DNA of 31,638 bases from an uncultured Actinomycetes bacterium (lineage in GTDB: Bacteria > Actinomycetota > Acidimicrobiia > Acidimicrobiales > Ilumatobacteraceae). Position 1 is the stretch's first letter, and the number at the start of each line of letters is the position of its first letter. The stretch spans positions 1 to 31,638 of the forward strand of contig CAIOHI010000220.1 in assembly GCA_903858075.1 (NCBI GenBank), given 5' to 3'. A program made the position numbers and the translations under genes. Positions 8,668-18,438 of this stretch are shown one piece after another. Below the pieces are notes generated by a model, which was given only the letters and a program-made list of their open reading frames with translations, ran no database searches and was not told where the DNA came from.

Positions 8668-10206
8668 ATGGCGTTACCAAAGGTCTGCGGCATTGAAACG
8701 GAATACGGAGTCATTTCCCGTGGTTTCGACAGCAGCCCGATTGTCGCTTCGTCAGTTTTAGTGAACGCTTATGCCGGCGCTTTTAAGCAGAACATTCAGT
8801 GGGATTTCGGAGATGAGACCCCAGACCGTGATGCGCGGGGCTTCTCGTTAGAAGATGCATTTCCGCCAGAGGTTGAAACCCACATGGCAAATTCAGTGTT
8901 GACCAACGGCGCTCGTTACTACGTAGACCATGCCCACCCCGAGGTCTCTACGCCTGAATGTCGGACTGCAACGGAAGTGGTGCTGTACGACCGCGCCGGA
9001 GAAGAAATTATTAAAGAGAGTATGGAGAGGGCAAATGCCCTATTGCCCGATCTTCATGAAATTATCACTTACAAAAATAACTCTGATGGCAAGGGCAACT
9101 CATATGGTTGCCATGAAAATTATCTCGTGTCACGAGAAACGCCGTTCGGACAATTAGCCACATTTATTACAACGCACTTTGTGACACGTCAAATTTACTG
9201 TGGAGCCGGAAAAGTGGGTTCGGAATTCTTGACAGAGAAGCCTGATGCTGTTTCATATCAAATCACTCAGCGGGCAGATTTTTTTGAGGAAGAAATAGGT
9301 CTAGAAACCACTATTCGCCGTCCGATTATCAACACTCGCGATGAGCCTCATTGCGATCCAGATAAATATCGTCGCTTACACGTCATCGTTGGCGATGCAA
9401 ATATGTCGGAATATGCAACATATTTGAAGGTTGGCACCACCTCCATCGTGCTGGCCATGATTGAAGATGGAGCATATCCAGCGCATCTCATTATTGATAA
9501 TCCTGTAAGCACCATCCGCGCGGTCAGCCGCGACATTGACATGTCAAAGGCAATTCGTCTTACCAATGGCACATTGAAAACCCCATTAGAGATTCAATTT
9601 CTTATTTTGGAAGCGGCCGAGAATTACTACCAGCAGAGCGGTCTAGATTGCGTGAGCAGCGACGATTTTCCTCGTGAAGGAGAAAATATTCTTGCTCTGT
9701 GGCGCGAAACGCTTTCGAACTTGTCCCATGGCGGAGTTGGCTCATTTGACACCATCGATTGGCTCGCAAAGATGCGTCTCATCAATGCCTACCAAGAAAA
9801 GAATGACCTCTCACCAAATGATGCAAGATTGAAAGCTCTCGATCTGCAATACCACGATATGCGTGCGGGAAAGAATCTTGCGGAGCGCATGAATTTGAGG
9901 AAACTCGTCACACAAGGTGACGCCGACACTGCGCGCACCGAACCGCCTCATAGCACCCGAGCATTTTTCCGTGGCATGTGTTTACAGAAATGGCCAGAGT
10001 TTGTGGTGTCGGCTAACTGGGATTGTCTCATTTTCGACGTAGGAGAGGGCCCGTTGCGACGAATACCAATGATGGAGCCATTGAGAGGAACACGAACTCT
10101 CACCGAAAACCTATTTAGTTCATGCTCCACTCCAATGGAACTGATACTTGCCCTCGGTCTTGAACATTCTGAATTAACTTCGTTCAAAGTTTCTGATGCG
10201 TTCTAA
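8668..10206 (+). CDS. dop: Depupylase/deamidase Dop
   Basis: CGIETEYG, Dop loop [45 protein letters not shown]; lies between arc and pup. Confidence 0.96.
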   Translation: MALPKVCGIETEYGVISRGFDSSPIVASSVLVNAYAGAFKQNIQWDFGDETPDRDARGFSLEDAFPPEVETHMANSVLTNGARYYVDHAHPEVSTPECRTATEVVLYDRAGEEIIKESMERANALLPDLHEIITYKNNSDGKGNSYGCHENYLVSRETPFGQLATFITTHFVTRQIYCGAGKVGSEFLTEKPDAVSYQITQRADFFEEEIGLETTIRRPIINTRDEPHCDPDKYRRLHVIVGDANMSEYATYLKVGTTSIVLAMIEDGAYPAHLIIDNPVSTIRAVSRDIDMSKAIRLTNGTLKTPLEIQFLILEAAENYYQQSGLDCVSSDDFPREGENILALWRETLSNLSHGGVGSFDTIDWLAKMRLINAYQEKNDLSPNDARLKALDLQYHDMRAGKNLAERMNLRKLVTQGDADTARTEPPHSTRAFFRGMCLQKWPEFVVSANWDCLIFDVGEGPLRRIPMMEPLRGTRTLTENLFSSCSTPMELILALGLEHSELTSFKVSDAF

Positions 10207-10215
10207 TTTCAATAC

Positions 10216-10221
10216 TAAGGT
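10216..10221 (+). promoter_or_regulatory. -10 hexamer TAAGGT, probable leaderless promoter of pup-prcBA
   Basis: TANNNT-N6-ATG (10228) in the 21-nt dop-pup gap; no SD. Confidence 0.6.
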
Positions 10222-10227
10222 GCAACT

Positions 10228-10428
10228 ATGACGGAAAAAATTCGTAAAAGTGTCTCTACTCCAGAGGAGTCCGGCGCTGAGGTTGTCGAAGATATATCTG
10301 TCGGCAAAAATGCTCATGCTGAAAATTTGAAGGCTGACCTCGACAACCTGCTCGATGAAATCGACTCAATTCTCGAGACAAATGCCGAGGATTTTGTGAA
10401 TAGTTACGTACAAAAGGGTGGGGAATAA
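10228..10428 (+). CDS. pup: Prokaryotic ubiquitin-like protein Pup, GGE type
   Basis: 66 aa ending [28 protein letters not shown]. Confidence 0.98.
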   Translation: MTEKIRKSVSTPEESGAEVVEDISVGKNAHAENLKADLDNLLDEIDSILETNAEDFVNSYVQKGGE

Positions 10429-10444
10429 CTCCTACACTGTTGCT

Positions 10445-11248
10445 ATGTCAATGCCATTTTTCACACCAGGCGACCATCCAGGGGCAAGTTTTGCCGAGTT
10501 GCTGAAACGTGTTGGTATCGATCCGTTTCAAAAACATCTCACCGAATCATCTGCGCAAGTTCATTTTCCGCACGCCACAACGTGCGTAGCACTTCGATTT
10601 GCAGATGGCGTAGTAATGGCTGGCGATCGTCGTGCGACATCGGGCAATGTCATCTCTCACCGCTCAATGGAGAAGGTCGTCTCGGCAGACAAATTTAGCG
10701 GCGTGGCAATTGCGGGTACTGCTGGCCCTGCCATGGAAATGATCAAACTTTTCCAATTGCAACTTGAGCATTACGAAAAAGTTGAAGGGCAGTTACTTTC
10801 TCTTGAAGGTAAGGCCAACCAGCTATCAATGATGGTTCGGGGAAACCTTCCCGCGGCAATGCAAGGTCTTGTGGTCGTCCCCATTTTCGCGGGGTATGAC
10901 CTTCAGAAAGGTTTCGGTCGCTTGTGGGATTACGACCCAACGGGCGGACGATACGAAGAACGTGAATTCGTTGCAACAGGGTCTGGAAGCGTGCACGCAG
11001 GAGCGGTCATCAAAGTGGGTTGGAGAACTTCCATGCCCCAAGATGCGGCCGTTCGTCTTGCCTTGAAATCGCTGTGGGAGGCTGCCGATTCAGATTCAGC
11101 TACAGGCGGCCCCGATACCTTGCGTGGCATTTATCCCATCGTCGCATCAATTACTGCAAACGGCTGGGAACGTATTGACGACTCAACTTTGTCTCAACTC
11201 GTAGAAGAACTTATTGCCGAGCATCAAGAACGAAATCAGGAGGTGTGA
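10445..11248 (+). CDS. prcB: 20S proteasome beta subunit
   Basis: 44-aa propeptide, then TTCVAL; Thr1, Asp17 (GDRR), Lys33 and ATGSGS present. Start set at ATG 10445 (track start 10418 overlaps pup). Confidence 0.97.
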   Translation: MSMPFFTPGDHPGASFAELLKRVGIDPFQKHLTESSAQVHFPHATTCVALRFADGVVMAGDRRATSGNVISHRSMEKVVSADKFSGVAIAGTAGPAMEMIKLFQLQLEHYEKVEGQLLSLEGKANQLSMMVRGNLPAAMQGLVVVPIFAGYDLQKGFGRLWDYDPTGGRYEEREFVATGSGSVHAGAVIKVGWRTSMPQDAAVRLALKSLWEAADSDSATGGPDTLRGIYPIVASITANGWERIDDSTLSQLVEELIAEHQERNQEV

Positions 11249-11249
11249 A

Positions 11250-11942
11250 ATGAGCATGCCATTTTATGTAGCCCCAGAACAGATCATGAAAGATCGTGCC
11301 GATTACGCACGCAAAGGAATCGCTCGCGGTAAAGCCCTCATTGCCATTCAGTACTCCGCAGGAATTGCCATTGTTGCCGAGAATCCTTCGAACACATTGC
11401 GAAAGATAAGTGAAATTTACGACCGTATTGCATTTGCAGGGGTTGGTAAATACAACGAGTTCGATCAGTTACGCGTTTCAGGCGTTCGCGCGGCCGATTT
11501 AAAGGGTTACCAGTATTCGCGTATCGATGTAGATGCACGAAGTTTGGCAAATCAATATGCACAAATTCTCGGCCAAATATTTACGCATGAAATGAAACCT
11601 CTTGAGGTAGAAATTCTTGTTGCCGAAGTTGCCGATGAACCAAGTAATGACCAGCTCTTCCATATCTTTTACGATGGCACCGTTCTTGATGAACGTAAAT
11701 TCTGTGTTTTAGGTGGCGACTCAGACGCTATTTACTCACGCATGAAAGAGTCACCACTAATGGCTCAATTAGACACTGCGAAATTGGCCGATGTTGTGCA
11801 GTTGTGTCGAAATGCTCTTTCGGGTCCTGACCGACAACTTCCTGTAGAAGAATGCGAAATTGCCGTGCTGAATCGCACGGGTGATCGCCGTGCCTTTACT
11901 CGGCTTGATGATGCCGAAGTTAATGCACTAGTGCAGATCTAA
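11250..11942 (+). CDS. prcA: 20S proteasome alpha subunit
   Basis: [46 protein letters not shown]; GGAGG RBS before ATG 11250. Confidence 0.97.
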   Translation: MSMPFYVAPEQIMKDRADYARKGIARGKALIAIQYSAGIAIVAENPSNTLRKISEIYDRIAFAGVGKYNEFDQLRVSGVRAADLKGYQYSRIDVDARSLANQYAQILGQIFTHEMKPLEVEILVAEVADEPSNDQLFHIFYDGTVLDERKFCVLGGDSDAIYSRMKESPLMAQLDTAKLADVVQLCRNALSGPDRQLPVEECEIAVLNRTGDRRAFTRLDDAEVNALVQI

Positions 11943-11950
11943 AGGGCGCC

Positions 11951-13318
11951 GTGGAAGAGTTCTCTAGACGCATCTACGGGCTAGAGAATGAGTACGGAAT
12001 TATGTGCACGTTGAAGGGTCAACGCCGACTGAGCCCCGATGAGGTAGCGCGTTACCTTTTCCGCAAGGTGGTGACATGGGGGAGAAGTTCTAACGTTTTT
12101 CTGCCCAATGGTTCACGCTTGTATCTAGACGTCGGATCGCATCCTGAATACGCGACTGCCGAATGCGACTCCTTGCTCGACGTCGTAGCTCAAGATCGTG
12201 CAGGGGAATACATTCTTGATGATTTGCGTATTTCCGCCGAAGAGCGACTCGCCGACGAGGGCATTCGTGGTGAAATCCATATATACAAAAACAACACCGA
12301 TAGTGCAGGAAACTCATACGGCTGTCATGAGAATTATCTCACTTCGCGAACAGACGACCAGTCTCGTCTCTCAGATGTTGTTATTCCATTTCTCATCACA
12401 CGACAAATTTTCTGTGGTGCCGGCAAGTTGCTCATGACGGCAAAGGGACCCTTATTTACGATCGCACAGAGAGCAGAGCACATATGGGAAACCTCTAGTT
12501 CTGCGACAACGCGAAGTAGACCCATCATCAATACCCGAGACGAGCCTCACGCCGATGCCGAGCATTACCGCCGCTTGCATGTCATTGTTGGCGACTCAAA
12601 CATGAGCGACTATGCGACATTTCTCAAGGTTGGTTCAATGGCTTGCGTATTACGCATGTTTGAGAATCCTGAAATCGATTTCAGAGACCTCACCCTGGAA
12701 AGCCCTGTGCGCGCTATTCGCGAAATAAGCCACGACATTACCTGCAAGAAGAAGGTCAAGTTAAAGAATGGCAAAGAGATGAGTGCGCTCGACATTCAAC
12801 GCATCTATCTTGACAAAGCAATTTCGTATAGCGAGCGCTTTGGCTTCACAGAGGAGGAAACTCGCGCTCTACAAATGTGGGAACACTGCGTTTCTACTAT
12901 TGAAAATGATCCACTGCAATTAGAAACCGAAGTCGATTGGGTCGCAAAATATCACCTCGTGTCGAGATACTCGGAAAAGCACAACATCTCATTGGGTGAT
13001 CCCCGTTGTCATCTCATCGATTTGCAGTACCACGATATTGACCCCACACGGGGGATTTATTACCACCTGCGGAACAAGAACATAATGAAAACTATTTGTT
13101 CCGAAGAGCAAATAGTTGCGGCCACCACGACGGCCCCTGCCACGACTCGCGCCCACCTTCGCTCACAGTTCATCACTGCTGCGCAATTAAAGAAGCGCGA
13201 TTACACAGTGGACTGGGTTCATCTGAAAATTAACGATCAATCTCAAAGAACAGTCCTTTGCAAGAATCCGTTCAAGAACGTAGATGATCGCGTGCAAAAA
13301 TTGATTGATTCTTTGTAG
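11951..13318 (+). CDS. pafA: Pup--protein ligase
   Basis: [28 protein letters not shown] (catalytic Asp), [27 protein letters not shown]. Confidence 0.97.
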   Translation: MEEFSRRIYGLENEYGIMCTLKGQRRLSPDEVARYLFRKVVTWGRSSNVFLPNGSRLYLDVGSHPEYATAECDSLLDVVAQDRAGEYILDDLRISAEERLADEGIRGEIHIYKNNTDSAGNSYGCHENYLTSRTDDQSRLSDVVIPFLITRQIFCGAGKLLMTAKGPLFTIAQRAEHIWETSSSATTRSRPIINTRDEPHADAEHYRRLHVIVGDSNMSDYATFLKVGSMACVLRMFENPEIDFRDLTLESPVRAIREISHDITCKKKVKLKNGKEMSALDIQRIYLDKAISYSERFGFTEEETRALQMWEHCVSTIENDPLQLETEVDWVAKYHLVSRYSEKHNISLGDPRCHLIDLQYHDIDPTRGIYYHLRNKNIMKTICSEEQIVAATTTAPATTRAHLRSQFITAAQLKKRDYTVDWVHLKINDQSQRTVLCKNPFKNVDDRVQKLIDSL

Positions 13319-13349
13319 GGATTCTTGATCATTTGACCTTCAGGGCATC

Positions 13350-13355
13350 TACAAT
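13350..13355 (+). promoter_or_regulatory. -10 hexamer TACAAT, probable leaderless promoter of lepB
   Basis: TANNNT-N6-GTG (13362). Confidence 0.65.
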
Positions 13356-13361
13356 CCTTCT

Positions 13362-13970
13362 GTGCCCGAAGACGTCAATGATGTACAAGCCCCAGAAGAG
13401 GTTTCTTCATCTTCAGATTCATTCAAAGCTGTTCGAGACTGGATCATTGTCCTCGTTGTCGCACTTGTTGTTGCGCTCGGCATTAGAACATACGTTCTTC
13501 AACAGTTTTATATATCGGGCCCATCCATGGAGACCACGCTCTACCAACCAAATAGAGTGCTCGTCAACAAACTGTCCTACCGCTTGCATGATGTAAACAG
13601 AGGAGACGTAGTTGTTTTTGACCGAGTGACATCAAATGGCGAGTCAATTCAACACGATGATCTCATTAAGCGCGTCGTTGGTCTTCCGGGTGAGAAAATT
13701 TCCATCAGTAAGTGCATTGTCTACGTCAACAAGGTTGCGCTGAAAGAGCCCTACCTTGATGGCAGAGATACAGAACAAGATGACCTTGTCGAACGTTGTC
13801 GGCAGCCAGAAATGGCAGAAGTCGTAGTACCAGCCAAACAAGTTTTCGTTCTTGGCGATAATCGTCCTCAGTCAATGGACAGTCGGATGTTTGGTTCAGT
13901 TGATAAGAACAGAATTGTTGGTCGAGCCTTCGTTGTGTTGTGGCCTCTGAGCCGTTGGCGTTGGCTTTAA
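13362..13970 (+). CDS. lepB: Signal peptidase I
   Basis: One TM, SGPSMETTL (Ser), DLIKRVVGLPG (Lys), GDNRPQSMDSR. Confidence 0.95.
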   Translation: MPEDVNDVQAPEEVSSSSDSFKAVRDWIIVLVVALVVALGIRTYVLQQFYISGPSMETTLYQPNRVLVNKLSYRLHDVNRGDVVVFDRVTSNGESIQHDDLIKRVVGLPGEKISISKCIVYVNKVALKEPYLDGRDTEQDDLVERCRQPEMAEVVVPAKQVFVLGDNRPQSMDSRMFGSVDKNRIVGRAFVVLWPLSRWRWL

Positions 13971-14668
13971 TCGTAGAAACGATCTGGCCAATCACTAAAA
14001 ATTCCGTTGATGCCTATTTTGGCCATGTCTCGAATATTGCGCGCAAACTGACAGTCCCACGCGAAACATTGGAGATCGAAACGCTGAAAGAGCGCGACTA
14101 GTCCACCGTTCCAATCGGTGTGATGCATGTTCATTACTTCCACACCAAGATCACGCATGTGCGCCGCATGCATTTCGGGCCCCTTTTTTAATTTGGACAG
14201 TCGCGTCGAAGAAACGAGTGAGATGCCCTGAGATTTGCGCCTTTGATTTTCAAGAACGTCTATATCTGGATGGCATAAATAGATAAAGGGTGAGTGCGCA
14301 CCGTGTACTGAGCGAATCTCGCTGATGACCGCTTCAAAACTGTCATCATCTTTGACATCGAGAGAAATGGCTACTTCCGGCGGTGTCATTAGGAGGAGAT
14401 CTCGAAGAGTTGGGATGTGCTCGGGTAAATCTTCGCGCAAGTAATTACTGATGGGTTTCTTCAAGATCCGCCCTTGAACTACTCCGTCATGGTCGAGAAC
14501 GGGAATTCCGTCTTTGGTGATCCATACATCAGACTCAAGACCAGTGGCACCCAGGCGCAAGCCAAGTTGGAATGCTTCCAAGGTATTTTCTCTGACATAC
14601 GCCCGAGCTCCGCGATGCGCAAAGGCGATATAGGTCAGGTCTCGGTGACTAGGCCTTATTTCGTCCAT
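13967..14668 (-). CDS. Glycerophosphodiester phosphodiesterase family protein
   Basis: AHRG, ENTLEAF, GLESDV..TKDG..VLDHD, GIFSDWP. Confidence 0.9.
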   Translation of the reverse strand: MDEIRPSHRDLTYIAFAHRGARAYVRENTLEAFQLGLRLGATGLESDVWITKDGIPVLDHDGVVQGRILKKPISNYLREDLPEHIPTLRDLLLMTPPEVAISLDVKDDDSFEAVISEIRSVHGAHSPFIYLCHPDIDVLENQRRKSQGISLVSSTRLSKLKKGPEMHAAHMRDLGVEVMNMHHTDWNGGLVALFQRFDLQCFAWDCQFARNIRDMAKIGINGIFSDWPDRFYD

Positions 14669-14674
14669 ATTGCC

Positions 14675-14680
14675 ATGATA
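14675..14680 (-). promoter_or_regulatory. -10 hexamer TATCAT, probable leaderless promoter
   Basis: TANNNT-N6-ATG (14668). Confidence 0.65.
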
Positions 14681-14706
14681 ATGACAGGGGGCGCCGTTCT
14701 AGTTCA

Positions 14707-14712
14707 TAGACT
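14707..14712 (+). promoter_or_regulatory. -10 hexamer TAGACT, probable leaderless promoter of tatBC-helY
   Basis: TANNNT-N6-GTG (14719). Confidence 0.65.
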
Positions 14713-14718
14713 TTAAGT

Positions 14719-15030
14719 GTGTTCAATATGTCTGGCAGCGAAATTGTATTTCTGCTTCTCATTGGCCTGGTTGTTTTAGGCCCAGAAAAGCTGCCCGAGG
14801 CAATGCGCAAATTCGGTCGTGTCTACCACGAGATCAAGAATGTTGCTTCCGGGGTACAGCGCGACCTCCGCACTGGCTTCGAAGACCCATTGCAGGAAAT
14901 CAAGAACACTGCTGAAGAGGCGAAGCGGATCATTTTAGGAAAAGACGATGCGGCGACTCCATCGTCTGATGAACCAAAGTTCATTCCCTATGAGCAACCC
15001 GAAGATCCTAAAGAAGACCAGATTCCATGA
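14719..15030 (+). CDS. tatB: Twin-arginine translocase subunit, TatB type
   Basis: MFNMSGSEIVFLLLIGLVVLGPEKLP: the E8 and LGPxxLP pattern is TatB rather than TatA (FG); amphipathic helix follows. Confidence 0.85.
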   Translation: MFNMSGSEIVFLLLIGLVVLGPEKLPEAMRKFGRVYHEIKNVASGVQRDLRTGFEDPLQEIKNTAEEAKRIILGKDDAATPSSDEPKFIPYEQPEDPKEDQIP

Positions 15031-15815
15031 AGTTGTTCCGCAAAACCATCGGAGTTCGGTCTTCTACCGACGAAATTACAATGACTCAGCATCTTGCTGA
15101 ACTCAGATTTCGCATCATACGTTCACTACTTGCAGTCATTATCGGGGCTTTGCTCATTCTCAGCTTTTACGACCCTGTATTGCGTTTCCTCACTCAGCCA
15201 TATCGTGATCTTTGTTTGGCACGGCCTGATTTCAATTGTGATGGAACACTCTTCGGTTTAGGGCCACTAGACGGCATCTCGGCACGAATGCGCATTGCAT
15301 CGTATGGTGGTTTGGCCGCCGCATTACCCGTCATCCTTTGGCAAATCTGGCGGTTCACCGCGCCCGCACTTCATCAGCGAGAAAAGCGATACGCCACAGG
15401 TTTCATCATTTCCAGCGTCAGCCTGTTTGCTCTTGGTGGATACATCGCATATTGGACCCTCGATAAGGCATTGGAATTCCTTATTAGCTGGTCCGGTGCA
15501 GATGTTTCTCAGTCATACCAAATTACGAAGTATGTAAGTTTAGTTACTCTGATGGTTCTTGCTTTTGGAGTTGGATTTTTATTCCCAGTCCTGCTCGTTT
15601 TCATGCAACTCGTCAACGTCATCACTCCCAATTTGCTGCTGAAGCAGTGGCGCTGGGCTGTAATGGCTATTTTCCTTACTGCGGCTCTCATCACGCCCTC
15701 TGGCGACCCCATCAGCATGTTGGCCCTCGCAATACCAATGACAATTCTTTACGCCATCTCTGTGGGCATCGGCTTTTTCATTCAATGGCGAAGAAAAAAA
15801 GCCGGCAATGAATAA
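15027..15815 (+). CDS. tatC: Twin-arginine translocase TatC
   Basis: HLAELRFR, WQIWRFTAPALHQREK, LITPSGDPISM; multiple TMs. Confidence 0.96.
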   Translation: MKLFRKTIGVRSSTDEITMTQHLAELRFRIIRSLLAVIIGALLILSFYDPVLRFLTQPYRDLCLARPDFNCDGTLFGLGPLDGISARMRIASYGGLAAALPVILWQIWRFTAPALHQREKRYATGFIISSVSLFALGGYIAYWTLDKALEFLISWSGADVSQSYQITKYVSLVTLMVLAFGVGFLFPVLLVFMQLVNVITPNLLLKQWRWAVMAIFLTAALITPSGDPISMLALAIPMTILYAISVGIGFFIQWRRKKAGNE

Positions 15816-18438
15816 CCCCAAATTCCTGCCAGACCTATTTCAGCAAAAAGCGATACAAGCCCTCAACGAAGGTGCATCGGTTTTAGTGGCAGCTCCGACG
15901 GGTTCAGGAAAAACTTTCATTGCCGAGCACGCAATTTCGGAAGCTTTAAGCAGGGGCAAGAAATCTTTTTATACCGCTCCCATTAAAGCTCTTTCAAACC
16001 AAAAGTTTCGAGATTTTCAGGAATTGTACGGGTCAGACAATGTGGGTCTGCTCACCGGAGACACGAGCATTAATTCTGATGCAAAAATTTTGGTGATGAC
16101 CACTGAAGTATTGCGCAACATGATCTATGCATCGTCACGTTCGTTAGAGAATCTTTCAGTAGTCATTCTCGACGAAGTTCACTTTTTGCAAGATCAATAC
16201 AGAGGACCGGTCTGGGAAGAAGTCATTATTCATCTTCCACTTGAGGTCACCCTTGTTTGCCTTTCGGCAACGGTTTCTAATGCGGTAGAAGTGAGCGAGT
16301 GGCTGACAACTGTTCGCGGAGACACCCGGGCAATTATTGAAACAAAGCGGCCCGTGAGTCTTGAACATCACCATATGGCTTTCGATAAGGCAACTGGCGA
16401 CACGGTGATGTATCCAACGCTCATTGATAATCAAGTGAATCCACGAGCAAAAAAAGCCTTCACCGACCAGGCCAAACAGGCAAGCGGCTCATCTCGTCAT
16501 GGCAATCAACAGAAGAAGGGTCGACAAGCCTCCGAGAGCCGATTCGGACCGCCGAACCGCAATGAGGTCGTTGAACAACTGGCTAATGCAAACATGTTGC
16601 CGGCTATTTATTTTATTTTCAGTCGTAATCAATGTGACGATGCAGCACGCGGTGTTCGCCGTAGCGCTCTCTCATTTGCAACGAAGAGCGAAACCGAACA
16701 AATTCGCAAAATTGCACAAGATCGAGCCCAGACGCTTTCTTCAGATGAAAAAAATGCGCTCGACTTTGAAGGATTTTTATCTTTGATCTCCACAGGTGTC
16801 GCAGCTCATCACGCTGGGATGGTGCCAATCTTTAAAGAAATCGTTGAGGAAGCTTTTACCCTGGGTCTTTTGAAAGTTGTATTTGCGACAGAGACTCTTG
16901 CGGTTGGCCTTAATATGCCAGCTCGTACTGTTGTCATTGACAAACTCACAAGGTTCACAGGCGAGAACCACGTACCTCTTAAACCGTCAGATTTCACACA
17001 ACTGACCGGCAGAGCAGGTCGTAGAGGCATAGACGATGTTGGTCATGCCGTAACGTTGTGGAGTCCGTTCGTTGGATTTGATGAAGTGTGCCGGTTTTCA
17101 TTAAATAAAAGCTTTAATCTCACGTCGGCGTTTCGCCCGACTTACAACATGACAGTCAACTTGGTCAATAGCCACTCTGAAGGCGAAGTTCGCCATCTCC
17201 TCAATCTGTCTTTTGCTCAGTATCAAGCGAATTCCGGAGTTGTGACGATGCAAGCCTCGATTGAAAAGAAGAGAGAGCAACAGCGCGTCGAAGAAGAAAA
17301 AGCTAAATCTCAATATGGAGATATTTGGAGCTACCGACGCCTGCATGGGTTGCAGCGCCAAAAGGGTGCATCAAAAACGCTCGCCGATTCTGTGCAAGTG
17401 TGGAACACCTTCCGTCCTGGCGACATCATTGCATTGAAAACTGATGAGTTAATCAACGCACGCGATACTCCATACCAAAAATTCATGGTGTTGGCTACGT
17501 CCAATAGGCGTCGCGGCATCAAGATCACAGCTGCCGATGCAGTGCAGTCTGTGCGAGGCATTCTTTATGAGGACCTCATTGGTGAGCCTATTTTCATTAA
17601 ACACGTCGATCTTGATGCTGACTTTTCGCAGTGGAACCCTGGCGCCCTTCGAGAGGTGGCCCGACTAATCAACGAGTGCAACTGGGTATTTTCACAAAAC
17701 GACAGTGGTGAAAGCAGCCAGACTGTTGATGACGATGCGCTTGCTTCAGTAGATGTAGCAAATGATCCTTTAATTTCCATTTTGTTAAAACATGCCGATG
17801 CCGCTGATCGCATTCGTAATGATATTGAACGTCTTGAGCGTCATCTGAAAAGTGAGACCCAATCGGTCGGGGCCTCATTTGACCGCGTTTTGGAACTGTT
17901 ACGAAAATTGGGATACATCGATTCCTGGAAGTTAACCGCGAAGGGTTCAGTTCTCGCCGGCGTGTTTCATGAAAGCGACATCCTTATTGCTGAAGCCATT
18001 TCCCAAGGCATTTTTGATGGTCTCAAGCCCATCGACCTTGCTGCTGCAGTGTCGTGCGTTGTTTATGAGCGTCGCAATAGCGACCAAGACGATCTTCCGT
18101 ATCCATCAAAGAGGTGTCGCGAAGTTGTTGAACGCGTAGAAGACCTCAGTATGGAGATTCAAGATATACAAACTGCTAGCGGTTTGCCGGTGCACCGCTT
18201 TCCCGATCCCAACTTCGCGCAATGTGCGGCCTTGTGGGCCGCAGGGAAAAGCCTGACAAGCGTTCTCGATACTGTTCCCGAAATGAGCCCCGGAGACTTT
18301 GTACGCACAATTCGCCAAATTGTCGACCTATTGCGCCAAATGGAACGAATAGCTATCGACCAGACGCTTCGAGAGTCGGCACGTATTGCCAGTGAAGCGA
18401 TGTTTAGAGGAATAGTCGTGGGTAACGAGGCACTCTAA
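15808..18438 (+). CDS. helY: Ski2-like DExH-box RNA helicase HelY
   Basis: PTGSGKT, PIKALSNQK, MTTEVLRNM, DEVH, SAT, QLTGRAGRRG; C-terminal DSHCT-like region (MSPGDFVR). Confidence 0.93.
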   Translation: MNNPKFLPDLFQQKAIQALNEGASVLVAAPTGSGKTFIAEHAISEALSRGKKSFYTAPIKALSNQKFRDFQELYGSDNVGLLTGDTSINSDAKILVMTTEVLRNMIYASSRSLENLSVVILDEVHFLQDQYRGPVWEEVIIHLPLEVTLVCLSATVSNAVEVSEWLTTVRGDTRAIIETKRPVSLEHHHMAFDKATGDTVMYPTLIDNQVNPRAKKAFTDQAKQASGSSRHGNQQKKGRQASESRFGPPNRNEVVEQLANANMLPAIYFIFSRNQCDDAARGVRRSALSFATKSETEQIRKIAQDRAQTLSSDEKNALDFEGFLSLISTGVAAHHAGMVPIFKEIVEEAFTLGLLKVVFATETLAVGLNMPARTVVIDKLTRFTGENHVPLKPSDFTQLTGRAGRRGIDDVGHAVTLWSPFVGFDEVCRFSLNKSFNLTSAFRPTYNMTVNLVNSHSEGEVRHLLNLSFAQYQANSGVVTMQASIEKKREQQRVEEEKAKSQYGDIWSYRRLHGLQRQKGASKTLADSVQVWNTFRPGDIIALKTDELINARDTPYQKFMVLATSNRRRGIKITAADAVQSVRGILYEDLIGEPIFIKHVDLDADFSQWNPGALREVARLINECNWVFSQNDSGESSQTVDDDALASVDVANDPLISILLKHADAADRIRNDIERLERHLKSETQSVGASFDRVLELLRKLGYIDSWKLTAKGSVLAGVFHESDILIAEAISQGIFDGLKPIDLAAAVSCVVYERRNSDQDDLPYPSKRCREVVERVEDLSMEIQDIQTASGLPVHRFPDPNFAQCAALWAAGKSLTSVLDTVPEMSPGDFVRTIRQIVDLLRQMERIAIDQTLRESARIASEAMFRGIVVGNEAL

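Noticed and set aside
8668-13318. Repeated blocks shared by dop and pafA ([30 protein letters not shown])
   Set aside because: Expected ancient paralogy; synonymous positions differ, so this is not a DNA repeat or recent conversion
13333-13338. TTGAC-like boxes before lepB (TTGACC) and before the enoyl-CoA hydratase (TTGACT, 24233-24228)
   Set aside because: Only 11 and 8 nt from the -10 hexamers, too close for a -35 element
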